Virus record (IMG/VR): IMGVR_UViG_3300050821_002957
Span: 186,001 to 250,000 of that record
DNA length: 64,000 bases
Strand: one strand, 5' to 3'
This document shows, piece by piece, positions 53,801 to 62,525 of this stretch. The notes under the pieces were generated by a model, which was not told the DNA's origin, searched no databases, and saw nothing but the letters and a program-made list of their open reading frames with translations. Position numbers and translations under genes: made by a program. Positions within the stretch are counted from its first letter, which is position 1, and each line of letters opens with the position of its first letter.

Positions 53801-55240
53801 CGTCTCGGCGATCCTTCGCAAGGCCACACTGGAAATCAAAAAGGTAAATCATGTTACATCTCAAGAGCAATTCATGGATCATTCGCCTGTACAAGTTTTC
53901 GGAACGGATGAAGAGCGGCTTTCACGGTTGGTCTCACACTAGGACAAGCTACATCGAGACAGACGATACTACCAATCTTTGTTACATGGTCAGGTCGATT
54001 GTTATTTATTTGCCCTTCATGATCTTTATGCGGGTGGCTGCGATTTGGGCAATACTTGAAGCAGCAGCACTTTATCCCATGTCGAAAGTTGGCTGGCGCT
54101 GGTGGATTGTGCCGGGATGGATCGTCGGCACCATTGTAGTACTAGTGATTTTTGTCGTCGGCTGCATCTTACTCTATGAGTTTCTTGACGAATATTTCAA
54201 GAAAAGATTCAAAGAAAGATCCGCCAAGCCTCCATCAGATTGGACCAAAGTCGTCGGCGAGTTCATTGTTGCTCGACACAACGACATCTGCCCAGAAATT
54301 GTGATTGACCCGACAAAAAAAGAGAGATAATAATGAAAGCTGTTCTGAAAAACTCGCTGCTGCCGTACATATTCAATTTTGTCAAGGCTGCTCTGAAAGA
54401 CCTTTTCAATTTTATCAAAGAAGAAGTGTTTCCGTTTCGCATGTACGTCTGTGTCTGGATCTTGATTATCTGTGGCATCGTCATCGGTATCGAAAAATTG
54501 TCTTACGAACAAACTGTCTGGAATGGACCTGCGAAAGTGATAGGTGCGAATCTTACGAGTGCAGATCACGTTGAGTTGACTTTAGTGACGACTGATGGCA
54601 CGAACAAAAAATTCACGACAGAAGACAACACTATTGTCTTTGCGTACATGACGGGCACGACAACATTTCAATGTGCAATCGCTGAAATGGGTTCGGCGTC
54701 TTGTAAGGCACCCATCATAAAAAAATGAATTTCTGGGTTAAAATTTTCAACATTACTCGGCCTGAAGATTGGCTTGGTAAAATTATTGAAAGAGAGAACA
54801 ACATGCTCCTCAAAGCCTCAATTACGCTTTTCGACAGTCATGGACATGCTAGAGCAACGAAAGAATTTGCATTTGAAGACCGAGACTACACCGATTATTG
54901 GGATAGACTAGACTTTGACCCGGCACCCTGCGACTATGGAACAATCACTAAAGTCAGAGTTGTGATTGGCAATCAAGAGCGTTGGATTGATTGTTTCACC
55001 AAAATCCCTAAAAATGATACCCTTTACATTTTGATGTACAGCATTCCCTGGAAAGAAATGATGATCGACGTTAGAGCTTCACTGCTCGCATCGGTCACTA
55101 AGAATTTTTCGTCGTTGAAATCCCTGTTGTACGAGCGTTCTCCTCTTCCATCGTCCTTGTCTTTATCTTGCCGACAAAAAGCAAAGGCGGAAAACGTCGA
55201 GACACAGGTTGTTCCGGCGCAAAATCCTCAATTGTTTTAA
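50808..55240 (+). CDS. Array of hypothetical ORFs (50808-51213, 51210-51698, 51559-51879, 51876-52142, 52211-52825, 52813-53508, 53517-53942, 53851-54330, 54333-54728, 54725-55240)
   Basis: Co-oriented ORFs; three share a QQQEE..LRKA module; two have TM helices. Confidence 0.6.
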
Positions 55241-55359
55241 GATCGGCTGACCACATGAAGTGCGGCCACCAGCCATAGTGAGACTTTCGGACTATCAAAT
55301 AGCCTCCACGAGTCAACCAACGGCCTATGGAAAATATAAGGCAATTCGACATTAGTGAT

Positions 55360-56247
55360 TCAATAGCGGTTATGATGATCGTATCTGTTTCTGGTGGCTT
55401 TTTGATACGCCTTAGCTACATCCGTACTAAATCCATGATCACGAGCAACAATGTGTTGAGAACCGTCTGGATGCTCAAAGACGCCTAAGTTTTTCTTCTG
55501 GTGATAGTCGTTCGGTGAGTGCCCAGTATTGCCGTGATAGTCCTGAAATTTCTGAACAAGTGGATGCTGATTCAGACGATGATGTTCTGCTTCTTGCTCA
55601 GACGTTCCTGAGTAATGTCTACCGTTGTTCTGGTCGTGGTTGTGGACCAAGGTATTGACAAACTGTTTGTGATTGATACCTTTTGGAAACTCTTTGTTCT
55701 TGGTCAGCTTTTGAAACTCTCCAGGCTTGATGTCTCGCACATGGCCGACGTGAGACCATTCATGTTTTTCGTGGTCATGATCAATCAATGGAGGAAAGAT
55801 GCCGCTTTCTTTGTTTGAACTGTAATGATTTGATCCTTTCTCCGGTTCGTAGCGAAGAATACGATAGTTTCCGTTCACCCAATGATCGCCACCTTCTGCG
55901 TGGTTTTGCATGGCACCCAGGCTCATTCCGTCGTGTTCTGAGGCTTTGTGATGCTTGTCGAGTGCGGCTCTGATGGCAACTTTTGTTCCAGAATGGATGT
56001 GTGCATCTTTGCCGTCAAGAACAATGTGATGCGGTGTGTCATGTTTCAAATAGGCTCTGGACGAACCTTTGGGCATGTTACCTTCGATGCCAGTCTTCTG
56101 TCCGCTGTTGGTCAATTGTTTGATCTTTTTTGCGAGCAGGCTTTGCTTTGGCGCATACGAATTTGAAGACGTAACAATCGACCGGAGTTCAGGATGAAGC
56201 TCTTCGACGATTACATTGTGGATGAAGTCTTTAAAATTGACCAGCAT
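55360..56247 (-). CDS. His-rich atypical protein kinase-like protein, putative internal head protein
   Basis: GSSRAY, KVA, QNHAE, DYHQKKNLG, IVARDHGF in kinase order; late leaderless; NFKDFI..VEE N-terminus. Confidence 0.65.
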   Translation of the reverse strand: MLVNFKDFIHNVIVEELHPELRSIVTSSNSYAPKQSLLAKKIKQLTNSGQKTGIEGNMPKGSSRAYLKHDTPHHIVLDGKDAHIHSGTKVAIRAALDKHHKASEHDGMSLGAMQNHAEGGDHWVNGNYRILRYEPEKGSNHYSSNKESGIFPPLIDHDHEKHEWSHVGHVRDIKPGEFQKLTKNKEFPKGINHKQFVNTLVHNHDQNNGRHYSGTSEQEAEHHRLNQHPLVQKFQDYHGNTGHSPNDYHQKKNLGVFEHPDGSQHIVARDHGFSTDVAKAYQKATRNRYDHHNRY

Positions 56248-56256
56248 GTCCAGTAT

Positions 56257-56511
56257 TTAGTCGAACAAACTGGCCTGATGAATCTTGGACAAATGCTTTT
56301 CTAAATTGGTGGGAGTCTTGCCGCCTTTCTTCTTCGCTGAGTGTGTCCATCCTGCGTCAGAGACGGTCGCTGTGTGGTCGAGACGAGGATGGGTATACTT
56401 GGTGACCCCGGACTCATTCGACGCCTTCTGATAGCCGTAATTGCGGAGCACAGCCTGGACTTTCTTGCTCGATTTGGACTCGGCGATCAGAAATTCGCTG
56501 AAGGATTGCAT
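56257..56511 (-). CDS. Putative internal head protein (MQSFSEFLIAE)
   Basis: Late promoter 5 nt before ATG; capsid-targeting-like N-terminus. Confidence 0.65.
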   Translation of the reverse strand: MQSFSEFLIAESKSSKKVQAVLRNYGYQKASNESGVTKYTHPRLDHTATVSDAGWTHSAKKKGGKTPTNLEKHLSKIHQASLFD

Positions 56512-56539
56512 GACTGTATTTAGCTGTATAGATATCCAT

Positions 56540-56758
56540 ATGAAGATTACACATCAAACAGAATTCGACCTCTTCGTGGCGCTCCTGCCTAGGGTGGTTG
56601 CTCAGAATCCGATTACAGAGCCAGCCGAAGTCATGGCAAAGACACAAGAGCTTATGGAGAAAGCCATTGAACATCTGGAAGAGAAAGGCATCGTTAAAGA
56701 CAGCACGCCTAACAAAAAGTTGAGCATTCGTCCACCAAACCGTTACGCTGAACTGTAA
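56540..56758 (+). CDS. Small late protein
   Basis: TATAGATA 5 nt before ATG 56540. Confidence 0.6.
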   Translation: MKITHQTEFDLFVALLPRVVAQNPITEPAEVMAKTQELMEKAIEHLEEKGIVKDSTPNKKLSIRPPNRYAEL

Positions 56759-56762
56759 TATT

Positions 56763-56978
56763 TCAGCCTTTAATAAAACTCAAGAGTTGGCGTGGACTGA
56801 TTTTTTCACATTCGGCTTCGATCTCAACGATGCGGCGTTTGGGAATATCATAATGAGGGAATCGGCCACCGTGAAACCAGCAACGTTTGATGTTGAGCCG
56901 GTCTGCCATCGTATGCAAATTTGGAATGCTGTACGGGACGCAGATCAGGTGTCGAGCGCCATCGGTATAGTAAATCAT
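56763..56978 (-). CDS. DUF4031-like protein
   Basis: HL..LHTMADRLNIKRCWF..PHYDIP. Confidence 0.7.
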   Translation of the reverse strand: MIYYTDGARHLICVPYSIPNLHTMADRLNIKRCWFHGGRFPHYDIPKRRIVEIEAECEKISPRQLLSFIKG

Positions 56979-56988
56979 TGAAATATTT

Positions 56989-57531
56989 ATGAGCTATTCG
57001 TACAAATTCAAAACCAACATCTATTATGACAAAATTGCAAAGGACTTGGCCGGAAGCGAGATTGGCGATGTCACGCAATTTCTGAACGAACTTGCAGAGG
57101 CATTGAAAGCTCGCCATACGCCGGAAGAAGATCAGGTGATTGTGATGCTGCCTGAAGATGCATTCTTTGGAACACTGGCGTTAGGTATTCAGGATGCAAT
57201 CACAAATGCCCAAGAGAAGGTCAAAGAGAACACTCGTATTGCCTTTGCCCAGCCGACACATGAACAAATTGAAGAGAAGATCAAAGAACTGCTTAACGGT
57301 GGTACTGATACATCGGTCGATATTCCATTTGATCCTGATTTGGTGGCGCTTCCTCTTGAAATGCGACGGGCTGAACAGATGAGTGGCATTAAGAGCAATC
57401 CAATTGAATGCCGATCTGATCTTTCAAGAGAAGAGCACATCAAACGAACCACCGATACGCTTCTTAGGAATACAGAAATAATGCTAGGCGACAAACAATA
57501 CAGAAAGCAAATGGGTGATCCTACCGTTTAG
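56989..57531 (+). CDS. Hypothetical protein
   Basis: 180-aa ORF. Confidence 0.6.
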   Translation: MSYSYKFKTNIYYDKIAKDLAGSEIGDVTQFLNELAEALKARHTPEEDQVIVMLPEDAFFGTLALGIQDAITNAQEKVKENTRIAFAQPTHEQIEEKIKELLNGGTDTSVDIPFDPDLVALPLEMRRAEQMSGIKSNPIECRSDLSREEHIKRTTDTLLRNTEIMLGDKQYRKQMGDPTV

Positions 57532-57935
57532 CGGTTTTTAAGGGTGTTTCTAGGATCAAACGAACCAACATTCTGAGCTTCAGCTTTCTCTCGCACACGG
57601 AGGCGTTTTGAACTTTGAATACCTAATAGTTCTTCGAGCTTCAGTTTTCCGCCTCCTCCCTTTTTGATCCATTCGCTATTGTCACTTTCAAATTCTAACG
57701 AGTCGATCTCAGTGTCGGTGTCAAAATAGGTTTCGTCAGCCTCACTGTCCAACAAAGCGAAGATGGGCCGCTTGGTGTTCTTGTCATAGAATTCATCTTT
57801 GGCTGGATCGTATTCGAGTTCTACTTCAGTGGTCCAACGTTTTGGCTTTGCTGCGATGTTCGAGGCCGGGAGTGGCAATGGTTTCTTTGATACTGCTTCT
57901 TCTAATTCTTTCTTCTTTGTCAATTCGATATTCAT
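57528..57935 (-). CDS. Hypothetical charged protein
   Basis: 135-aa ORF. Confidence 0.6.
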   Translation of the reverse strand: MNIELTKKKELEEAVSKKPLPLPASNIAAKPKRWTTEVELEYDPAKDEFYDKNTKRPIFALLDSEADETYFDTDTEIDSLEFESDNSEWIKKGGGGKLKLEELLGIQSSKRLRVREKAEAQNVGSFDPRNTLKNR

Positions 57936-58265
57936 AACGTATTTGTCTGACTATGTATCACGTTGAAGTCACAGATTGGGCACAAATAATGTGGGAGTCG
58001 TTTCACCGATCCCAATCGGAAATTGTACGCCACTAGGATGTGGGCGCAACGGAGACATTTCAATTTTATTTTGTCCATATTTGGCACGTCGAGCAATGAC
58101 GAAATCCCATCTCAGCTATCCATCGATGTCCTCGCACAAAGCATTTCGATTCACGGACAAAAAATTCTTTGTAGTGTCGATAGGCTTGAGGCATATGAAG
58201 TGTCCACCAAATCAGCCGCACCAAATCGTTCTTCGGTCGCCATGTGTACCACCAAAGACCAATAT

Positions 58266-58733
58266 TCATTGCTGTAATTTTTTGTATGCATCTCGTGCAG
58301 GCATGATACCTTCCCGACCGAGTTCTTTCATGGCTCGTGCGTTCTTATAAGATTTACCACCGTTCTTTGGGCGCTTGTAGACACCTGCGCTACCTGAGAC
58401 AGTCACTTCATCATTGTGGTCTGGTTTCATGAAATGTAGAGCTTTGAGTGCTGTCGCTTTGCCCTTTGGATGAGTAGCATCATAATGGACAAAGTGATGA
58501 AAACCGTGAATGCTGCTTACGTTCGCTCCGAATCTTGTGAAACCCTTTGCTTGAGCATCTTGAACAGAATCACCCTGTTTGCCGCCAGCTTTTATATAAT
58601 CGGGATGATGATTGGCATAGTGTTCTCCATGATGACTGAACAAATGTGCTTCACCAGACGGACTCATCCATCCTCTCATGGCTTTTTCTGGTTGCCACGA
58701 TTCGTTGATGAATTGGATAAAGGTCAGTAGCAT
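58266..58733 (-). CDS. His-rich putative internal head protein (MLLTFIQFINE)
   Basis: Capsid-targeting-like N-terminus; GWMSPSG..H motif. Confidence 0.6.
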   Translation of the reverse strand: MLLTFIQFINESWQPEKAMRGWMSPSGEAHLFSHHGEHYANHHPDYIKAGGKQGDSVQDAQAKGFTRFGANVSSIHGFHHFVHYDATHPKGKATALKALHFMKPDHNDEVTVSGSAGVYKRPKNGGKSYKNARAMKELGREGIMPARDAYKKLQQ

Positions 58734-59311
58734 TACTCTTCCGGTTTATAGTCTTCCTTCGGATGCGTTGCGTGGAAGACCGGCGCTTTCTTTGTTCCCA
58801 TGCCTTTCACACGCTCGACATGATGAAAACGCTTTGCCAATTCGTGATGAACATGATCGGCATCGATGTCATGAGCTTTGCGTGGAGACTCGGGGAAGTT
58901 GCCGGTGAATGCGCCACCTTTGTGAGTCGCCTTGTGAATTTGATCCAGCGTGTGACCCATCATCTTTTTGTTCGACTGGACGTTCAGAACATTAGATGCG
59001 TACACATGATGATACTTCTTGTCTAGTGCATGAGGATCGTGAACGCCGGGTTTCTGGTTGCTTCCAAATTCGTGTGCTGTGACGTTGTGACCTTTTTCAC
59101 GAAGGCGCTTTGCGTGCGCTGCTTCGTGGCCTGCACCGAAATCGAGAAGATGGCGACCTGCCTTGTCGTTGTGTTTAGCTTCGACAGCTTCGACGTGACG
59201 AGGCACCAGGGCCTTTGCGCCGACTGCACCAGCCGCACGAGAAGTGCTGTTGGCGATTTTCTTTTCTTCGTCGCTAAATTCGAGCAGCCAGTTGGTAAAG
59301 GACTTCATCAT
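58733..59311 (-). CDS. His-rich class I SAM-dependent methyltransferase-like protein, putative internal head protein
   Basis: LLDFGAG motif I, VTAHE motif II, YHHVYASNVLNV; late leaderless; KSFTNWLLE N-terminus. Confidence 0.7.
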   Translation of the reverse strand: MMKSFTNWLLEFSDEEKKIANSTSRAAGAVGAKALVPRHVEAVEAKHNDKAGRHLLDFGAGHEAAHAKRLREKGHNVTAHEFGSNQKPGVHDPHALDKKYHHVYASNVLNVQSNKKMMGHTLDQIHKATHKGGAFTGNFPESPRKAHDIDADHVHHELAKRFHHVERVKGMGTKKAPVFHATHPKEDYKPEE

Positions 59312-59627
59312 GCCAGTATTTAGCTGGCTTTGACTCCTACTTCCTTCAACTTACGAGGACGGCCTGCTTTGCGTCCCTTTACACGGTCGTACACACTGCG
59401 CTTGTGACTGTATCTGCGGCTACGAAAGATTTTATAGGCACGCTGAGTCAAAGTTTCGTCTTCTTTCATTTTAACACTCTCGATTGGAGTAGCGAAAATA
59501 TTGACCGGGCCGCAGCCTGTAAATTCGTATCCACAGTGTTCGCAGCCGAGACACGGTTCATTCACACAAACACCCGGCGAAAGTTTCTTTGGTTTATCGT
59601 TTGAAAGTTGAAATGCCATGACGGTAT

Positions 59628-60167
59628 CTATGTCACATGTAAATGCATGTGCTGTTGCAAATCCTTTGGTGTCTGACCAGCGAAGCGAATCATACCCGAG
59701 ATGTAATGAGTCCAGCCATCTGGTGTGATTTCGATTTGATGATCGTACATTCCAGGCCGGTCGGAAACGAACATCAAACTTTGAGGACGGCGTTCGATTC
59801 TCCATCCAAATTTGCGAAGCACGGTCATGTACTGATCGGAGACAGGTTTCGGGGCAGGTTGTGCCGCTGCTCCTGGAGATGGCTGTGGAATGGGCGCTGG
59901 ATCGGGCTGTAACGTCGCCAGATCGATTCCATGCTTCTCGGCAAGGCGTTCGGCCTGCTGACGTGCATTGATGCCTTCCGCAGCCGTTCCAGGCCGGGAA
60001 GCCAACGCCATCAAATTTCTGATTGTGGCAACGTGATCTCGTTCTGGACCTGATTTGATCTCTTCGTAATAGAGATGAATCACATTGTCGCCGATGCCTA
60101 CACCATGAATGCCATTTTCACCCAGGAACTCATCTCGAATTTTTGCTTTGGTTTCAAGAAGTGTCAT
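59628..60167 (-). CDS. DUF2786-like domain protein with C-terminal module shared with 56257-56511
   Basis: IRNLMALASRPGT..AERLAEKHGI; VLRKFGW..DH..GWTH..G.TP..L..H. Confidence 0.6.
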   Translation of the reverse strand: MTLLETKAKIRDEFLGENGIHGVGIGDNVIHLYYEEIKSGPERDHVATIRNLMALASRPGTAAEGINARQQAERLAEKHGIDLATLQPDPAPIPQPSPGAAAQPAPKPVSDQYMTVLRKFGWRIERRPQSLMFVSDRPGMYDHQIEITPDGWTHYISGMIRFAGQTPKDLQQHMHLHVT

Positions 60168-60177
60168 GTGGTGAAGA

Positions 60178-60390
60178 CTAGTGTTCAGGTTCCTCCGAAA
60201 ACACAAAGTCAGCTAGTTTGTCGGCGGTCAACAGTACATCAGAGATCCTGACTGTTGAGCCATTGGAATTCGCAGCAGTTGATTCAAGCTCCGCTGCGAG
60301 TTGCAGAATTTCAAGTTTCAAAAAGCGTGCGTCCGGTTTCTGATCGACTGCTTGGACGGTGATGTTAGTAAGGTTCTTCTCGTCACTCAT
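60178..60390 (-). CDS. Helical-hairpin protein, clip-less paralog of 60383-60712
   Basis: LKLEILQLA..VRISDVLLTADKLADFV. Confidence 0.65.
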   Translation of the reverse strand: MSDEKNLTNITVQAVDQKPDARFLKLEILQLAAELESTAANSNGSTVRISDVLLTADKLADFVFSEEPEH

Positions 60391-60712
60391 TGGTTGTGGC
60401 GGCTCCTACCATTACATAGCGATTCAGCTTTTCTGCGGTTGCCATTACCTTCTCAAGGCTGACTCGACCGGGCGAGCAAACCAATTCAGTCCCACGTCCA
60501 CCTTCTCGGCGAGGTAACCAATAGTTGCCGCCATCCTTTGTGTCTCTGAATTTTTCCATCAATGTGGCGATGTATTCTTCTGCTTTGACCTTGGGAAGAT
60601 TGCCCACGTCGATGTAGAAGATTCTTGATTGTGTGCTGCTTTCCTCAATTTGAAATGCCATCTTGAGCGTTTCGAGGCGCAGGAGTTGTTCGTGTTGCAT
60701 GTAGTCACTCAT
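60383..60712 (-). CDS. Mini protein carrying the T4-type portal (gp20) clip segment
   Basis: RIFYIDVGNLPKVKAEEY and YWLPRREGGRGTE are gp20 signature strings. Confidence 0.8.
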   Translation of the reverse strand: MSDYMQHEQLLRLETLKMAFQIEESSTQSRIFYIDVGNLPKVKAEEYIATLMEKFRDTKDGGNYWLPRREGGRGTELVCSPGRVSLEKVMATAEKLNRYVMVGAATTNE

Positions 60713-60748
60713 GCAACTATATATACGTTCAAGCTCTTGGAAACAGGA

Positions 60749-61033
60749 TCAATTCTCTTGGACTCGTATTCCTATTTCTTCGGCTTCTTGAGCACAAACC
60801 TCAAGCACCACTGCCGGATGCATCCACTGCATTAGCATCGCAGTGGTTCGGCATGTGTCGCAATTTCTAATGTGCTCTTCGATGCCCACCATCTTGATAG
60901 AATTTGTTACGACGATTTCCACTGCATCAAACGTATTGTCCTGAGCACTAGTAAATGGAAATTGCCGGAAGGGATCTTCATTAAGGAGATCCAGAATCTG
61001 TTCTTCCGTTGCATGAAAACTTAATTTGGCCAT
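60749..61033 (-). CDS. zf-HC2-like protein
   Basis: HATEEQI..IEEHIRNCDTC. Confidence 0.5.
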   Translation of the reverse strand: MAKLSFHATEEQILDLLNEDPFRQFPFTSAQDNTFDAVEIVVTNSIKMVGIEEHIRNCDTCRTTAMLMQWMHPAVVLEVCAQEAEEIGIRVQEN

Positions 61034-61297
61034 GTTCAAAGTTCTGTGGCGACCACTTTCAAAATTGAACGTAAGCGCCACTCGTCGTCGCCCTCGCACG
61101 AAATCAGGCGCAGTGAGAAATATGGAAATCCCATTTGGTTCTTCTCTTCGATCACTTCAAACTCCATACGATCAGGCCGCAGATGCTCTTCCCACGCTTT
61201 GACAATGTGAAGGCGCAACTGCGGAGCAAGATGGCTGAACGCACTATCAGGATTGTCGTATTGGCCGGGAGTGAAAACAATCACTCCCGGCTTCATT

Positions 61298-61939
61298 TCA
61301 GTTGGCTGATACGCCGTTGGTTTCTTCTTCGCCATCTTCGTCTTCTTCCGGCTCGTCGGCGAGCGTTTGCATGAAGGCTTCTTTGGCGGCGGCATCCATT
61401 CCAATCAATTGTAAAAGAGGCGTAGCAGAGACTAACGTGACGCCGTAGTAAGTGCTGTCGGGATTACGAGGTGGACGATCAGGAAGTTGTGAACCATAGC
61501 GGCCTTTCCCAGGTGCTTCTTGAAAGCCACGATAGAACTCGAATGTCTCATCATCGAGATTCACGATGTAGGCGTACTCACAGAACAAACTATCGAGTAG
61601 GAAGCCGTGAGAATCGATCATGACACCAAGCTCTTCGTCGAGCCACGGAGCGAGACTGCCCTGAGCTTCACGCAACAGGCAATACCAATCCTCAAGTTTC
61701 TGTTTGCTCACTTCGAGGTTGGCCCACTTCTCGTTTGCGGCGATTTGTTCTGCGGTCGGCGGTTCATCGCTGTCGATCAAGACGATGGCTCGTGCGACCT
61801 TTTTCATCTGTTCGATTGACGATCCGATAATGTCGTCAATCAAGTCTGATCCAAGCCCGTCTGGATAGGAGTCGAAATGGTTGTATGTAACCTTGTCGAG
61901 TCCGTCAATTCTGAATCCGAATGCGCCTCGTGTTCCCAT
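61298..61939 (-). CDS. Conserved phage protein (YxHxD(G/S)YPxGxG family)
   Basis: MGTRG..YNHFDSYPDGLG..EYAY; related to 62526-63293. Confidence 0.7.
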   Translation of the reverse strand: MGTRGAFGFRIDGLDKVTYNHFDSYPDGLGSDLIDDIIGSSIEQMKKVARAIVLIDSDEPPTAEQIAANEKWANLEVSKQKLEDWYCLLREAQGSLAPWLDEELGVMIDSHGFLLDSLFCEYAYIVNLDDETFEFYRGFQEAPGKGRYGSQLPDRPPRNPDSTYYGVTLVSATPLLQLIGMDAAAKEAFMQTLADEPEEDEDGEEETNGVSAN

Positions 61940-62438
61940 TGTTGGGTCCTTTCGTACTGAATGCTTCTTTCAAAAATGCTGTTTGAATCTTGAACGCAAG
62001 TTGTCGTGGTTCTGTGAATATTGTAACACCCTGCGTCTCTTCGTTGCTGAATGTAAAGTCCACGGCGCTCTGCTGAATGTCCTCAGAAACGCCAAAAACG
62101 GCCAAGAAGCCGTCGATGGACACGATGCTATGGAAAGTGACCTCTTTGATCACGACGCCCGTCTCTTCATACGTCTCACGAATTCCGGCCTCTTGCCATG
62201 ACTCATGACGTTCGATGTAACCACCGGGCATACAAAACTCTCCCCGGCCCGGATCGATGTTGCGTTGAAGGCCAAGGATGCCGATGTCGCCGCCATTTTC
62301 ATCGACGATGGGCACAGCAATTATGATGATGGGGAATGGATTCAACCAGACATTCCTACCGCAGTTCTCACAATGAAAAGGATAGGCGTTCGATGCGTAC
62401 TTGGTTCCGCAGTAATGACAATGATCGTTTGCTTTCAC
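61905..62438 (-). CDS. Nudix hydrolase with N-terminal Zn ribbon
   Basis: CHYCG..CENCG; Nudix box GGYIERHESWQEAGIRETYEETG. Confidence 0.92.
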   Translation of the reverse strand: MKANDHCHYCGTKYASNAYPFHCENCGRNVWLNPFPIIIIAVPIVDENGGDIGILGLQRNIDPGRGEFCMPGGYIERHESWQEAGIRETYEETGVVIKEVTFHSIVSIDGFLAVFGVSEDIQQSAVDFTFSNEETQGVTIFTEPRQLAFKIQTAFLKEAFSTKGPNNGNTRRIRIQN

Positions 62439-62454
62439 ATTCCGAAGTGTACCA

Positions 62455-62488
62455 CAAAAGAAAGGCCAGCCGAAACAACTGGCTGGCC
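62455..62488 (-). terminator. Intrinsic terminator
   Basis: ggccagcc / ggctggcc hairpin with T run on minus. Confidence 0.65.
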
Positions 62489-62525
62489 GTAGAGAGGAGA
62501 AGGAGGAAATTTAGGCGTTGACGAC

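Noticed and set aside
60383-60712. The true portal gene, or a portal pseudogene
   Set aside because: Far too short, no other gp20 fragments noticed in flanking ORFs, and it has its own start, stop and paralogous scaffold
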